From an uncultured Candidatus Sumerlaeota bacterium (GTDB lineage Bacteria; Sumerlaeota; Sumerlaeia; MVZB01; JAJFLK01): a stretch of 64,000 nt of DNA. Location: positions 19,086 to 83,085 of the forward strand of contig CAZRCZ010000018.1 of NCBI GenBank assembly GCA_964598765.1. Direction: 5' to 3'. The position numbers and the translations under genes are program-made. Numbering within the stretch: the first letter of the stretch is position 1; the number at the start of each line of letters is the position of its first letter. The notes below the pieces were generated by a model. It was not told the DNA's origin, searched no databases, and worked only from the letters and a program-made list of their open reading frames with translations. Positions 56,137-64,000 of this stretch are shown piece after piece.

Positions 56137-57327
56137 TCACGCCGGAAGCGCGACAATGGCCGACGGGCGGCTCAGGAGCGCGAATTGGCGTCGCGCAATG
56201 TTCATCAAGATTCCCATCGAGGCCATCATCACCATCAACGACGAGCCGCCGTAGCTCAGGAGCGGAAGCACCAAACCTTTGGTCGGCAAAAGCCCCAACA
56301 CCACGCACAAATTGATGAACGTGCTCAAGCAAAGCATCAACGTAATGCCCGTGGCGAGAAGACTGCCGAAAAGGTCCGAGGTGTTCAGCGCGACCAGCCA
56401 TCCGAGCAGGGCCAAGCCGACGTATAGTCCGAGAATGACCGAACAGCGGACGAATCCCAATTCTTCCGCAAGGATCGCAAAAATAAAATCGGTGTGCCCC
56501 GCCGAAAGATAATGATACTTCTGCATGGATTGACCCAACCCCAATCCGTAAGGTCCCCCTGATCCGACGGCGATCAGCGATTGATAAAGTTGGTAGCCCT
56601 CGCGCATTCGGATTTCGGGATCATCCGAAAGAAACGCCAGCAGACGGCGAATGCGATACGGTTGCGTGACGAACGCGGCGACGGCGGCGGGAATTCCGGC
56701 GGAGGTCAGCCCGATCAGGTGGAACCACCGGACTTCGCCGCAGACCCACATGCCGAAGATCACGAGCGAAAGCACGAACGCTTGGCCGAAATCCGGCTCA
56801 AGCACGATAATCAACGCAAACGCGCCGGTGACCACCATGGCGGGCAGAACGCCGGAAAAAAAACTTTTAATGTAGCGATGTCGATCGTCCAGCATTTTGG
56901 CCATGTAGATGATCAACCCCAGACGCGCGAACTCCGAGGATTGCAACTGCATGAATCCAAGCCGAACCCAACGTCGCGCTCCGTTGGACGAAACGCCGAT
57001 ATGCGGAACCCAAACCAAACCGCACAGGACGAAACACACCGCCATGATGCCGAAGCTCCATTTTTTGAGACGGCGATAATCGAAGTGATAGAAGAAACCC
57101 AAAAGCGCCAGACCGATCCCAGCCGAGACGAGTTGTTTTTTCAGGTAGCTCCAGTCGTGATATTTTCCGTCGGCCACGACTTGATGCGTCTTCCTCGCGT
57201 GCTGGCGATATTCGTATCCCGCCAGCGACGCGCTCGCGCTATAAACGCCGACCAGTCCCATCGTCACCAACAGCATGGCGAAGAAAAATATGGCGACCGG
57301 GACGCTTTCAGCTCCGCTTCGGTTCAT
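56137..57327 (-). CDS. ftsW: Peptidoglycan glycosyltransferase FtsW
   Basis: GARRW, EPDFG, GYQL.QSL, HTDFIFAILAEELG, LLPTKG, SYGGSS. Confidence 0.96.
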   Translation of the reverse strand: MNRSGAESVPVAIFFFAMLLVTMGLVGVYSASASLAGYEYRQHARKTHQVVADGKYHDWSYLKKQLVSAGIGLALLGFFYHFDYRRLKKWSFGIMAVCFVLCGLVWVPHIGVSSNGARRWVRLGFMQLQSSEFARLGLIIYMAKMLDDRHRYIKSFFSGVLPAMVVTGAFALIIVLEPDFGQAFVLSLVIFGMWVCGEVRWFHLIGLTSAGIPAAVAAFVTQPYRIRRLLAFLSDDPEIRMREGYQLYQSLIAVGSGGPYGLGLGQSMQKYHYLSAGHTDFIFAILAEELGFVRCSVILGLYVGLALLGWLVALNTSDLFGSLLATGITLMLCLSTFINLCVVLGLLPTKGLVLPLLSYGGSSLMVMMASMGILMNIARRQFALLSRPSAIVALPA

Positions 57328-58768
57328 GGGCGTTCTCCTTGTTCATCCTCTGCTGGACCCATCGCGCGAAGACGCGACCGCGGTCCTTGTAATCCACGAA
57401 TTGATCGAAACTCGCGCAACCGGGCGCGAGCAAAACGACTTCCCCCTCGCGCGCGTTTTCGGTCGCGCGCTCCAGCGCCGTGTCCATCGTTCCGCATTGC
57501 GTCAGCTTGATGCCCGGAGCCCAAGCGGCCTCGATTTTTTCCGCCGCCTCTCCGATGAGGTAAGCGTGGACGACCCGGTCTTGAATCTGAGGGAGAATCG
57601 TTTCAAAGGGGCTGTTCTTGTCGCGCCCGCCGGCGATCAAATGCACGGGATTCGCGAAGCTGGCGATAGCCTTGACTTGCGCGTCAATGTTGGTCGCCTT
57701 GGAGTCGTCAATGTAATCCACGCCGCCGATCGCGCCGACGTGTTCCAGCCGATGCGGCGCGCCGCGAAACGTCTCCAACGCCGCGCCGATGACCTTATGC
57801 GAAATCCCCAGCGAGGACGCCGCACACGCCGCCGCCAGACAGTTGGCGACGTTGTGCAGACCAATCAGGCGCAGGCGATCCAGCTCGGTCAGGCGTCGCG
57901 GACGACCCTGCGCCGGAACCAGCGTGAGAACGTCGCCGTCGAGCCACGCGCCCTGCTCAACCTCGCGGTTCAGCGAGAAATAAAGAACTCGCGCCGAACT
58001 TTCCCGCGCGATTTTCAAACACCACGGATCATCCTGATTGACGACAAAACTTTGATCGGCGGTTTGCTTGGCCGTGATTCGCGCCTTGGCTTGCGCGTAT
58101 TCCTCCATCCCCTTGTGGCGATCTAAATGATCCGGCGTGATGTTGAGCAAGACGGCGGCATCGGGCGCGAAAAGCTTGCAGTCTTCGAGTTGAAAACTGC
58201 TGACTTCGACGGAAAACCAAGTTTCGTCAAGGTGGTCTTCGGATTCGAGAACGGCGTCCGAAAAGCTGTGGCCGATGTTGCCCGCCTCGATCGCGCGCTT
58301 GCCGGCGGCCTCAAAAATATGCCGAATCAACATCGTCACGGTCGTCTTGCCGTTGGTTCCGGTGACGGCGGCGATCTTCGCGCCGTCCGCCCGGAGCCAC
58401 GCCAATTCGATTTCCGACGCTTGAAGAATTCCGCGCCTCCGCGCTTCGACGCGAAGGGGATGATCATGCGGAACACCGGGGGAGGGAATGAGGGCGTCCA
58501 CCTCGTCCAAAATTCCTCGGCCTCCTCCGTTCACCGGACGTCCCCAGCCGAACGTCACGCCCCGCCCGCTCAAGGTTTGGACTTCTGGATCGCTCGAACA
58601 ATCCTTGTCGTCGAAGATCACGACTTTCTTTCCTAGCCAAAGCAGAAGGCGGGCCGCGCCTTTGCCGCTCAATCCGGCTCCGATGACCGCATAGCGGTTT
58701 TGTTTCAAGAGAGAGGAATCGTTCCTGTCGGCCATGAAAAGAAGGGTCTCCTTGTCAGCAGTAATCAT
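57308..58768 (-). CDS. murD: UDP-MurNAc-L-Ala:D-Glu ligase
   Basis: SPGVP, GTNGKTT, EVSSFQL, DHLDRH, DDSKATN, PGCASFDQF; alternative start 58735. Confidence 0.97.
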   Translation of the reverse strand: MITADKETLLFMADRNDSSLLKQNRYAVIGAGLSGKGAARLLLWLGKKVVIFDDKDCSSDPEVQTLSGRGVTFGWGRPVNGGGRGILDEVDALIPSPGVPHDHPLRVEARRRGILQASEIELAWLRADGAKIAAVTGTNGKTTVTMLIRHIFEAAGKRAIEAGNIGHSFSDAVLESEDHLDETWFSVEVSSFQLEDCKLFAPDAAVLLNITPDHLDRHKGMEEYAQAKARITAKQTADQSFVVNQDDPWCLKIARESSARVLYFSLNREVEQGAWLDGDVLTLVPAQGRPRRLTELDRLRLIGLHNVANCLAAACAASSLGISHKVIGAALETFRGAPHRLEHVGAIGGVDYIDDSKATNIDAQVKAIASFANPVHLIAGGRDKNSPFETILPQIQDRVVHAYLIGEAAEKIEAAWAPGIKLTQCGTMDTALERATENAREGEVVLLAPGCASFDQFVDYKDRGRVFARWVQQRMNKENAHEPKRS

Positions 58769-59919
58769 CTCAGTTTCAACGTCGCCAATCCGAAAAGCGC
58801 GAGCAAAAAGGATACGGTCCAGAATCGGAGAATGATTTTATTCTCGTGAAGTCCCAGCTTTTCGTAGTGGTGATGAAGGGGAGACATGCGAAAGACCCGT
58901 TTGCCGGTCAGCTTGAAGCTGGCGACTTGAATGATGACCGAAAGCGCCTCCGCGACGAATATTCCGCCGATCAAGACCAACAAGATTTCCTGCTTAATCA
59001 AAAGCGCCATCGCGCCCAGCGCCCCGCCGAGCATCATCGAGCCGGTGTCCCCCATGAAAACTTCGGCGGGATGGGAGTTGAACCAGAGGAAACCGAGCGA
59101 CGCGCCGAGCAACGCGGAACCGAACACCGCGATTTCTCCGGCGTCGGGAACGTAAGGAATGTAGAGATACGAACTCCAGTCGGCCCGCGAGGCCAGATAG
59201 GCCATGACGATGTAGGCCACCGCGCTCATCACGGTTGTCCCGATGGCCAGACCGTCAAGACCGTCGGTCAAGTTCACCGCGTTGGACGCGCCGATCATGA
59301 CGATCACCACCCAAAGCAAATACGCCGCGCCGAGGTAGGGATAAAAATTTTTGAAGAACGGGACGAGGAGATAAGCGTAGCCTTCGGCTCCCGTCGTCTC
59401 GTAAGAAACGCTCCATCGGCCCCGCATCAACGCCACTCCGAAAAGCGCCCCCAACAACGTTTGACCTGCAATCTTCCCCCACGGTGGAATACCGAGATGA
59501 TTTTTGCGCGCGACTTTCACGTAGTCATCCCAAAATCCCAACGCGCCGAATCCCAGACTCATCGCGGTCAGGGACCACACCGCCGGACTGCTCAAACGAC
59601 AGAACAACGCGACCGCGATGAACAAGGCCAAAATGATGAGGATGCCTCCCATCGTCGGGGTCCCTTGTTTGCCTCCGTGCATTTCATGGAGCGAAACGGC
59701 GTTTTCTCCCGTGGATTTGCGCACGAATTGGGAAGCCTTCAACTGACGCAACCCCGAGATCACCCTCGGGCCCAAGATCAAAGAGGCGGCAAAGGCAACA
59801 ACCAACGCCGAGCCGGACCGTACGCTGATGTATTGAAAGACGCGCAAAGGACCAAGATCGGAGGCTTGCCCCTGACCGCGCAAATGCAGACGAAGGAAAT
59901 CGAGGATAAACAAGAGCAT
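58765..59919 (-). CDS. mraY: Phospho-MurNAc-pentapeptide transferase
   Basis: GTPTMGG, DDY, NAVNLTDGLDGL, FMGDTGS, PLHHHYE. Confidence 0.97.
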   Translation of the reverse strand: MLLFILDFLRLHLRGQGQASDLGPLRVFQYISVRSGSALVVAFAASLILGPRVISGLRQLKASQFVRKSTGENAVSLHEMHGGKQGTPTMGGILIILALFIAVALFCRLSSPAVWSLTAMSLGFGALGFWDDYVKVARKNHLGIPPWGKIAGQTLLGALFGVALMRGRWSVSYETTGAEGYAYLLVPFFKNFYPYLGAAYLLWVVIVMIGASNAVNLTDGLDGLAIGTTVMSAVAYIVMAYLASRADWSSYLYIPYVPDAGEIAVFGSALLGASLGFLWFNSHPAEVFMGDTGSMMLGGALGAMALLIKQEILLVLIGGIFVAEALSVIIQVASFKLTGKRVFRMSPLHHHYEKLGLHENKIILRFWTVSFLLALFGLATLKLR

Positions 59920-59923
59920 CAGA

Positions 59924-61414
59924 TTAGTGCGAGATCTCCAATTCGGGAGCGATTTTTTGAGCGACTTTCTCCAACGCGAAGCCGTGCGAACCTTTGAAAA
60001 AGACCTGATCTCCGGATTGGAGAGCAGATTTTAGCGCGCTTGCCATTTCGTCGGCGCTTGAAAATCCATGAGCATCCCATTTTTCTTTATTCAATGTTTC
60101 GGCCAATCGCGAACTTTCCGGACCAAGTCCGAAAAACAACGCGGGAGCGAGCGGACGAAGATGAGGCAACAACGCTCCGTGCGCGGAGCGGGAGTGTGAA
60201 CCCAATTCCAGCATGTCGGCCAGAACGATAACCAAGCGGCCTCGCTTGGCGCGATGCTCCGCGAATTCGCGCAGGGAATCCAGCGAAGCCGCCATGGAAT
60301 CGGGCGCGGCGTTGTAGCAATCCAGGATAAGCGTCAAATCTTGCGTCTCAAGAATTTGCCCGCGCAGACTTTCGGTTTGAAAATTTTCCACCGCCTCGAT
60401 GATCCAACCGGGATCAAATCCTCCGGCGCTCAACATCGCCGCCGCGCAGGCGACGTCCTCCAAATACTGGCGTCCGAAGTGCCGTAGTCGAATTCCCCGC
60501 CAAGACGCGGAAGAGGAATTCAAATCAAAGCGGTAGCCGACGCTGACATCGAGAAGCGAGACGTTGCTGATCCAAAATGACGGGCGACCCAACGGGTCGC
60601 CCCTACCATTTGACGTGGTTTCGGAGGATGGAACTTCCCCCTGAAACGTCGTGATGGGATTCGTATCCGCGAATCGTGTCAATGCGCGGCGCGAATTCGC
60701 GCAACCCGCGTTGACCACCAGCGGCGTTCCCGGCGGGCACGAAGCGAAGAGCGACAGTTTGGCCTCGATCAATTCATCGAGCGAGTGGAACATCCCGACG
60801 TGCGTCATGCCGATTCGCGTCAGTCCCGCCACGTCGGGACGACAGATTTCCGTCAGCCTCGCCAATTCTCCGGGCTGGTTCATTCCCAGTTCCATGACTG
60901 CGACCTCGTGGTCCGATTGGAGTTGCAAAAGCGTTTGTGGAACGCCGATGAGGTTATTGAAATTGCGAATCGGCTCCAAAATTTTCAGATGAGGAGACAA
61001 TGCGCGGGAAATGAGTCTGCGCGTCGTGGTTTTTCCGACGCTTCCCGACAACGCGATCAATTTTCCCCCCCAAGCTTCGCGCTGGAACCGCGCCAAACTT
61101 CCGTAAGCCCGCAACGGATCGTCAACGCGCAGGACGGGAAGGCGGGAATCAAACTCCGTCGAATAATCGCGCCGTGCAATCAAGCCGCCGGCTCCGCGCT
61201 GAACGGCCATCGGACAAAATTCATGCGCGTCGAATTTTTCCCCCTTGAGCGCGAGAAAAAATTCTCCGGGCTTCGCCGTTCGGCTGTCGCTTGAGATCGG
61301 CGCGAATTTGCGCTCGTTTCCCGTTTGCGGCTCGTCCGCGCCAAGGATCAGTGCGATCTCGCCTACCGTCCAATCGGATAAGGAGCGCAAGTTGGGACGC
61401 ATGGCTACGCTCAT
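59924..61414 (-). CDS. murF: UDP-MurNAc-tripeptide:D-Ala-D-Ala ligase
   Basis: GSVGKTTT, NFNNLIGVP, ELGMNQPGE, DCYNAAPDSM, DMLELG, KGSH. Confidence 0.96.
   Translation of the reverse strand: MSVAMRPNLRSLSDWTVGEIALILGADEPQTGNERKFAPISSDSRTAKPGEFFLALKGEKFDAHEFCPMAVQRGAGGLIARRDYSTEFDSRLPVLRVDDPLRAYGSLARFQREAWGGKLIALSGSVGKTTTRRLISRALSPHLKILEPIRNFNNLIGVPQTLLQLQSDHEVAVMELGMNQPGELARLTEICRPDVAGLTRIGMTHVGMFHSLDELIEAKLSLFASCPPGTPLVVNAGCANSRRALTRFADTNPITTFQGEVPSSETTSNGRGDPLGRPSFWISNVSLLDVSVGYRFDLNSSSASWRGIRLRHFGRQYLEDVACAAAMLSAGGFDPGWIIEAVENFQTESLRGQILETQDLTLILDCYNAAPDSMAASLDSLREFAEHRAKRGRLVIVLADMLELGSHSRSAHGALLPHLRPLAPALFFGLGPESSRLAETLNKEKWDAHGFSSADEMASALKSALQSGDQVFFKGSHGFALEKVAQKIAPELEISH
60582..60606 (-). 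repeat. GTAG REP palindrome inside murF
   Basis: GTAG-GGGCGACCC-GTT-GGGTCGCCC. Confidence 0.8.
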
Positions 61415-61442
61415 GATTGTTGGTCTCTTATCCTGTTCATCC

Positions 61443-62945
61443 CTATTCGATTCTCCTACGGATCATTTCCTTCGCCACCTCGCGGTCGTCAAAATGATGT
61501 TTCGTCGTCCCAACGATCTGATAATCCTCGTGTCCCTTGCCCGCGATGACGACGGCGTCCCCTTCTTTCGCCGATCGAATCGCCGATTCAATCGCGTCTC
61601 TGCGATCCTCGATGACGTGGACGTGTTGGGATGAAACACTTCCGCTTTTGGGAATGCCCGCGACGATCTGGTCGAGAATTTGCTCCGGAACTTCGGTGCG
61701 CGGATTATCGCTGGTGATGAAAAGTTCGTCGGCCAGTTGAGCGGCGGTTGCCCCCATGAGCGGCCGTTTGGTCTTGTCGCGGTCGCCGCCGCAACCGAAA
61801 ACCGCGATCAGGCGATTGCGCGTCAAACTGCGCCGCGCGTTTTGCAGGAGCTTGGTCAGCGCGTCGGGCGTGTGCGCGTAGTCAACAACGACCTTCACCC
61901 CCGGCAAACCGCCGATGACCTCGAATCGCCCGGGCGCGCCGCGAAAAATCCGACACCCCTCCGTGATTCCCTTCCAATCCAAACCCAAAGCCAGACTCAA
62001 TCCGGTCGCGGTCAGACAATTCATCGCGTTGAACGTCCCGTGCATCGGGGTTGCGATGGGATGACGATGGCCTTGAAAATTCAAAATCAAATCCATGCCG
62101 TCATCCCGAAACTCAATCGTTTCGGCGCGAAGGTCGGCCTCCTTGTTTTCCACGGCGTAGGTCAGCCGATTTTTCGCGGGAAGTTTGGCGGCAAGTTTTC
62201 GTCCGGTCTCATCGTCCACGTTCACCACGCCGACGGCATCGGGATTTTCGTCCCTCATTCGGTCGAAGATGGACATCTTGACGGCGGCGTATTCCTCCAT
62301 CGTCTTGTGGTAATCGAGATGGTCCTGCGTGACATTGGTCAGAGCCATGGCGCGAAATCGGATGCCGTCCACGCGCCGTTGATCTATGGCGTGCGAACTG
62401 ACTTCAAACGCCACCGAATCCACTCCGTCCTTGAGCATGGTCGCGAGTTGGCGGGCAATTTTGGGACCGGACGGGGTTGTCTCTTGCGCCACTTCTTGCT
62501 TCCCCGCCCAGCGGTTCACGACCGTTCCCATGATTCCGGGATTGCGTCCAGTGGCGCGAAAGATCGCCTCCATCAGAAAAACAGAAGTAGTTTTGCCGTT
62601 GGTTCCCGTCACGCCGACCACGTCCATTTTCCCGGAGGGATCGCCGTAAACCCATTGCGCCAGCGGTCCCGCGATGTTCCGCGTGTCATCCACCCGCACA
62701 ATGGACATGCCGGACGGAACGGGAACCGGAAGATCGGTGACGACGGCGATTCGCGCTCCCCGCCATGCCGCGTCTTCGATGTAGCGATGGCCGTCGGTCT
62801 TGAATCCCTTGATCGCGACAAAGATCGAGCCTGCGCGACATTCCGAGGAAACCTCGGTGACGTCGGTGATCGGCAAATCCGAAGGAATTTTACCGCGAGG
62901 GTTGGAACCCCGCCGTTGCAAGAAGGGTACGAGTTGTTCCATCAT
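61443..62945 (-). CDS. murE: UDP-MurNAc-dipeptide:meso-DAP ligase
   Basis: GTNGKTT, EVSSH, DHLDYH, DYAHTPD, GCGGDRD, DNPR (DAP-type), GKGHE. Confidence 0.97.
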   Translation of the reverse strand: MMEQLVPFLQRRGSNPRGKIPSDLPITDVTEVSSECRAGSIFVAIKGFKTDGHRYIEDAAWRGARIAVVTDLPVPVPSGMSIVRVDDTRNIAGPLAQWVYGDPSGKMDVVGVTGTNGKTTSVFLMEAIFRATGRNPGIMGTVVNRWAGKQEVAQETTPSGPKIARQLATMLKDGVDSVAFEVSSHAIDQRRVDGIRFRAMALTNVTQDHLDYHKTMEEYAAVKMSIFDRMRDENPDAVGVVNVDDETGRKLAAKLPAKNRLTYAVENKEADLRAETIEFRDDGMDLILNFQGHRHPIATPMHGTFNAMNCLTATGLSLALGLDWKGITEGCRIFRGAPGRFEVIGGLPGVKVVVDYAHTPDALTKLLQNARRSLTRNRLIAVFGCGGDRDKTKRPLMGATAAQLADELFITSDNPRTEVPEQILDQIVAGIPKSGSVSSQHVHVIEDRRDAIESAIRSAKEGDAVVIAGKGHEDYQIVGTTKHHFDDREVAKEMIRRRIE

Positions 62946-64000
62946 TGTGTTCCCTGACCGGTTGCGAGGGAAGTCCGAATTCAATTAGCGCCTGCGCGCC
63001 GTTTTCCACCGGCGACCATGCCGCCGGAGACTGCCGAATCGCCACGCCGGAGCCGGTCATCTTAAAGGAAATTTCAGCGCGGCTCAGCGCGCGCGCGACC
63101 TCCGGCATCGTCAGGCCGACGCAATAAGGCATGACGCCCGGCTTGAGTTCGTCCAAGCTCATGCCAAGGGACGGGAGCGCCTGATCCCTGAGCGTCTTGG
63201 CGTAGATCACCGCTTCCTTTTGACCAAGCGGCCGTCCCGTCGGGACGCCCCTGCCATCGGAAGTCGCGGATGGGATTGCATTTGCTTTGCCTTTCGTATC
63301 AATCGCCTTGAGTTTGATCGTGCGGCTACTGAGCGAGAGCGCAATCTCCCGATTCGGTTTTCCGTCGCTGTCCGATCCTTCCTCCCCTTCGACAGTTTCG
63401 TCCAAGAGCGGGTAGGGGCGACTCGTTGGGTCGCCCACTGGAAGCGAAACCAATCGCGCATTGGCTTGCGCGCCATCGGGCGTTGCGGACTTGGCCGTCA
63501 ATTCATCCGGGCGGTCGGGAGGGATACCCAAAATTCGGACCACGTTTTCGGCAATGTCGGCGAAAATCGGAGCTGAAATTTTCCCGCCGTAATACTCAAT
63601 CTTCGGATTCGGCTCATCCACGTAAACATAAATCGCCACGCGCGGTTCGCTCGCGGGTAAAAGTCCGGCGAACGACGCGATGTAATGTTTCCCTTCCTTG
63701 TGCTTCTTGGTCGTTCCGGTTTTGCCGGCCACGCTGTAACCGGGTATCTTTGCCGCCGTTCCGGTCCCTTCCTCGACAACGCTTTCCATCAGTTTGACGA
63801 TGGTCCGGCAGGTTTCCGCTTGGGCCGCGCGTCCGGCTTCGGTCGGTGGAAATTCCTTGAGCGCGAGACCATCCGCCGAGACGATTTTCTCCACGATGCG
63901 CGGCCGCATTCGCATCCCCTCGTTTCCCACGGCGGATAGCGCGCAGATAACCTGCAAGGCGGTCATGCTGGTTTCGTAACCCATCGGGAGAGAAGTTCGG
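62890..64000 (-). CDS. ftsI: Penicillin-binding protein FtsI, 5' end beyond window; long linker and C-terminal PASTA-like domain
   Basis: AGKTGT motif, YIASFAG, MPYCVGLT...GSGVAIRQSP; upstream of murE. Confidence 0.9.
   Translation of the reverse strand, partial: RTSLPMGYETSMTALQVICALSAVGNEGMRMRPRIVEKIVSADGLALKEFPPTEAGRAAQAETCRTIVKLMESVVEEGTGTAAKIPGYSVAGKTGTTKKHKEGKHYIASFAGLLPASEPRVAIYVYVDEPNPKIEYYGGKISAPIFADIAENVVRILGIPPDRPDELTAKSATPDGAQANARLVSLPVGDPTSRPYPLLDETVEGEEGSDSDGKPNREIALSLSSRTIKLKAIDTKGKANAIPSATSDGRGVPTGRPLGQKEAVIYAKTLRDQALPSLGMSLDELKPGVMPYCVGLTMPEVARALSRAEISFKMTGSGVAIRQSPAAWSPVENGAQALIEFGLPSQPVREHNDGTTRTLLATAGFQPSR
63230..63254 (-). repeat. Degenerate GTAG REP palindrome inside ftsI
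   Basis: GCAG-GGGCGTCCC-GAC-GGGACGGCC. Confidence 0.6.
63412..63436 (+). repeat. GTAG REP palindrome inside ftsI (antisense to the gene)
   Basis: GTAG-GGGCGACTC-GTT-GGGTCGCCC, 24/25 identical to the murF copy. Confidence 0.8.

Overview
GC-rich bacterial chromosomal segment, mostly housekeeping and envelope genes. The pilin family, PSD1 cytochrome protein and gene mix suggest a Candidatus Sumerlaeota (BRC1)-like lineage; this is inference only. Identified genes: gatCA, cysE, mazG, murG-murC-murB (+ strand), ftsI-murE-murF-mraY-murD-ftsW (- strand), bioF, dtd, pilT, lipB, moaB, a bacilliredoxin, an FHA-adenylate cyclase, a Ser/Thr kinase and PP2C phosphatase, several GT-C-like membrane proteins, two toxin-antitoxin-like pairs (one with a nonsense-inactivated toxin) and tRNAs Asp, Lys and Leu. 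No CRISPR array, integrase or transposase is visible. The most notable signals are in non-coding DNA or embedded in genes. (1) About a dozen intergenic inverted-repeat elements have arms built from 8-10-nt periodic units (CRCRRA core); some supply stop codons and one arm pair brackets the whole bioF gene. (2) A 25-nt GTAG-type REP palindrome sits in frame inside the essential genes murF and ftsI (three copies). (3) The dcw cluster is split in a way a single ~39-kb inversion would explain. (4) A stand-alone PcrA/UvrD-type Tudor domain with a highly acidic tail is coupled to gatC. All product calls come from motif recognition by eye; no database searches were run.
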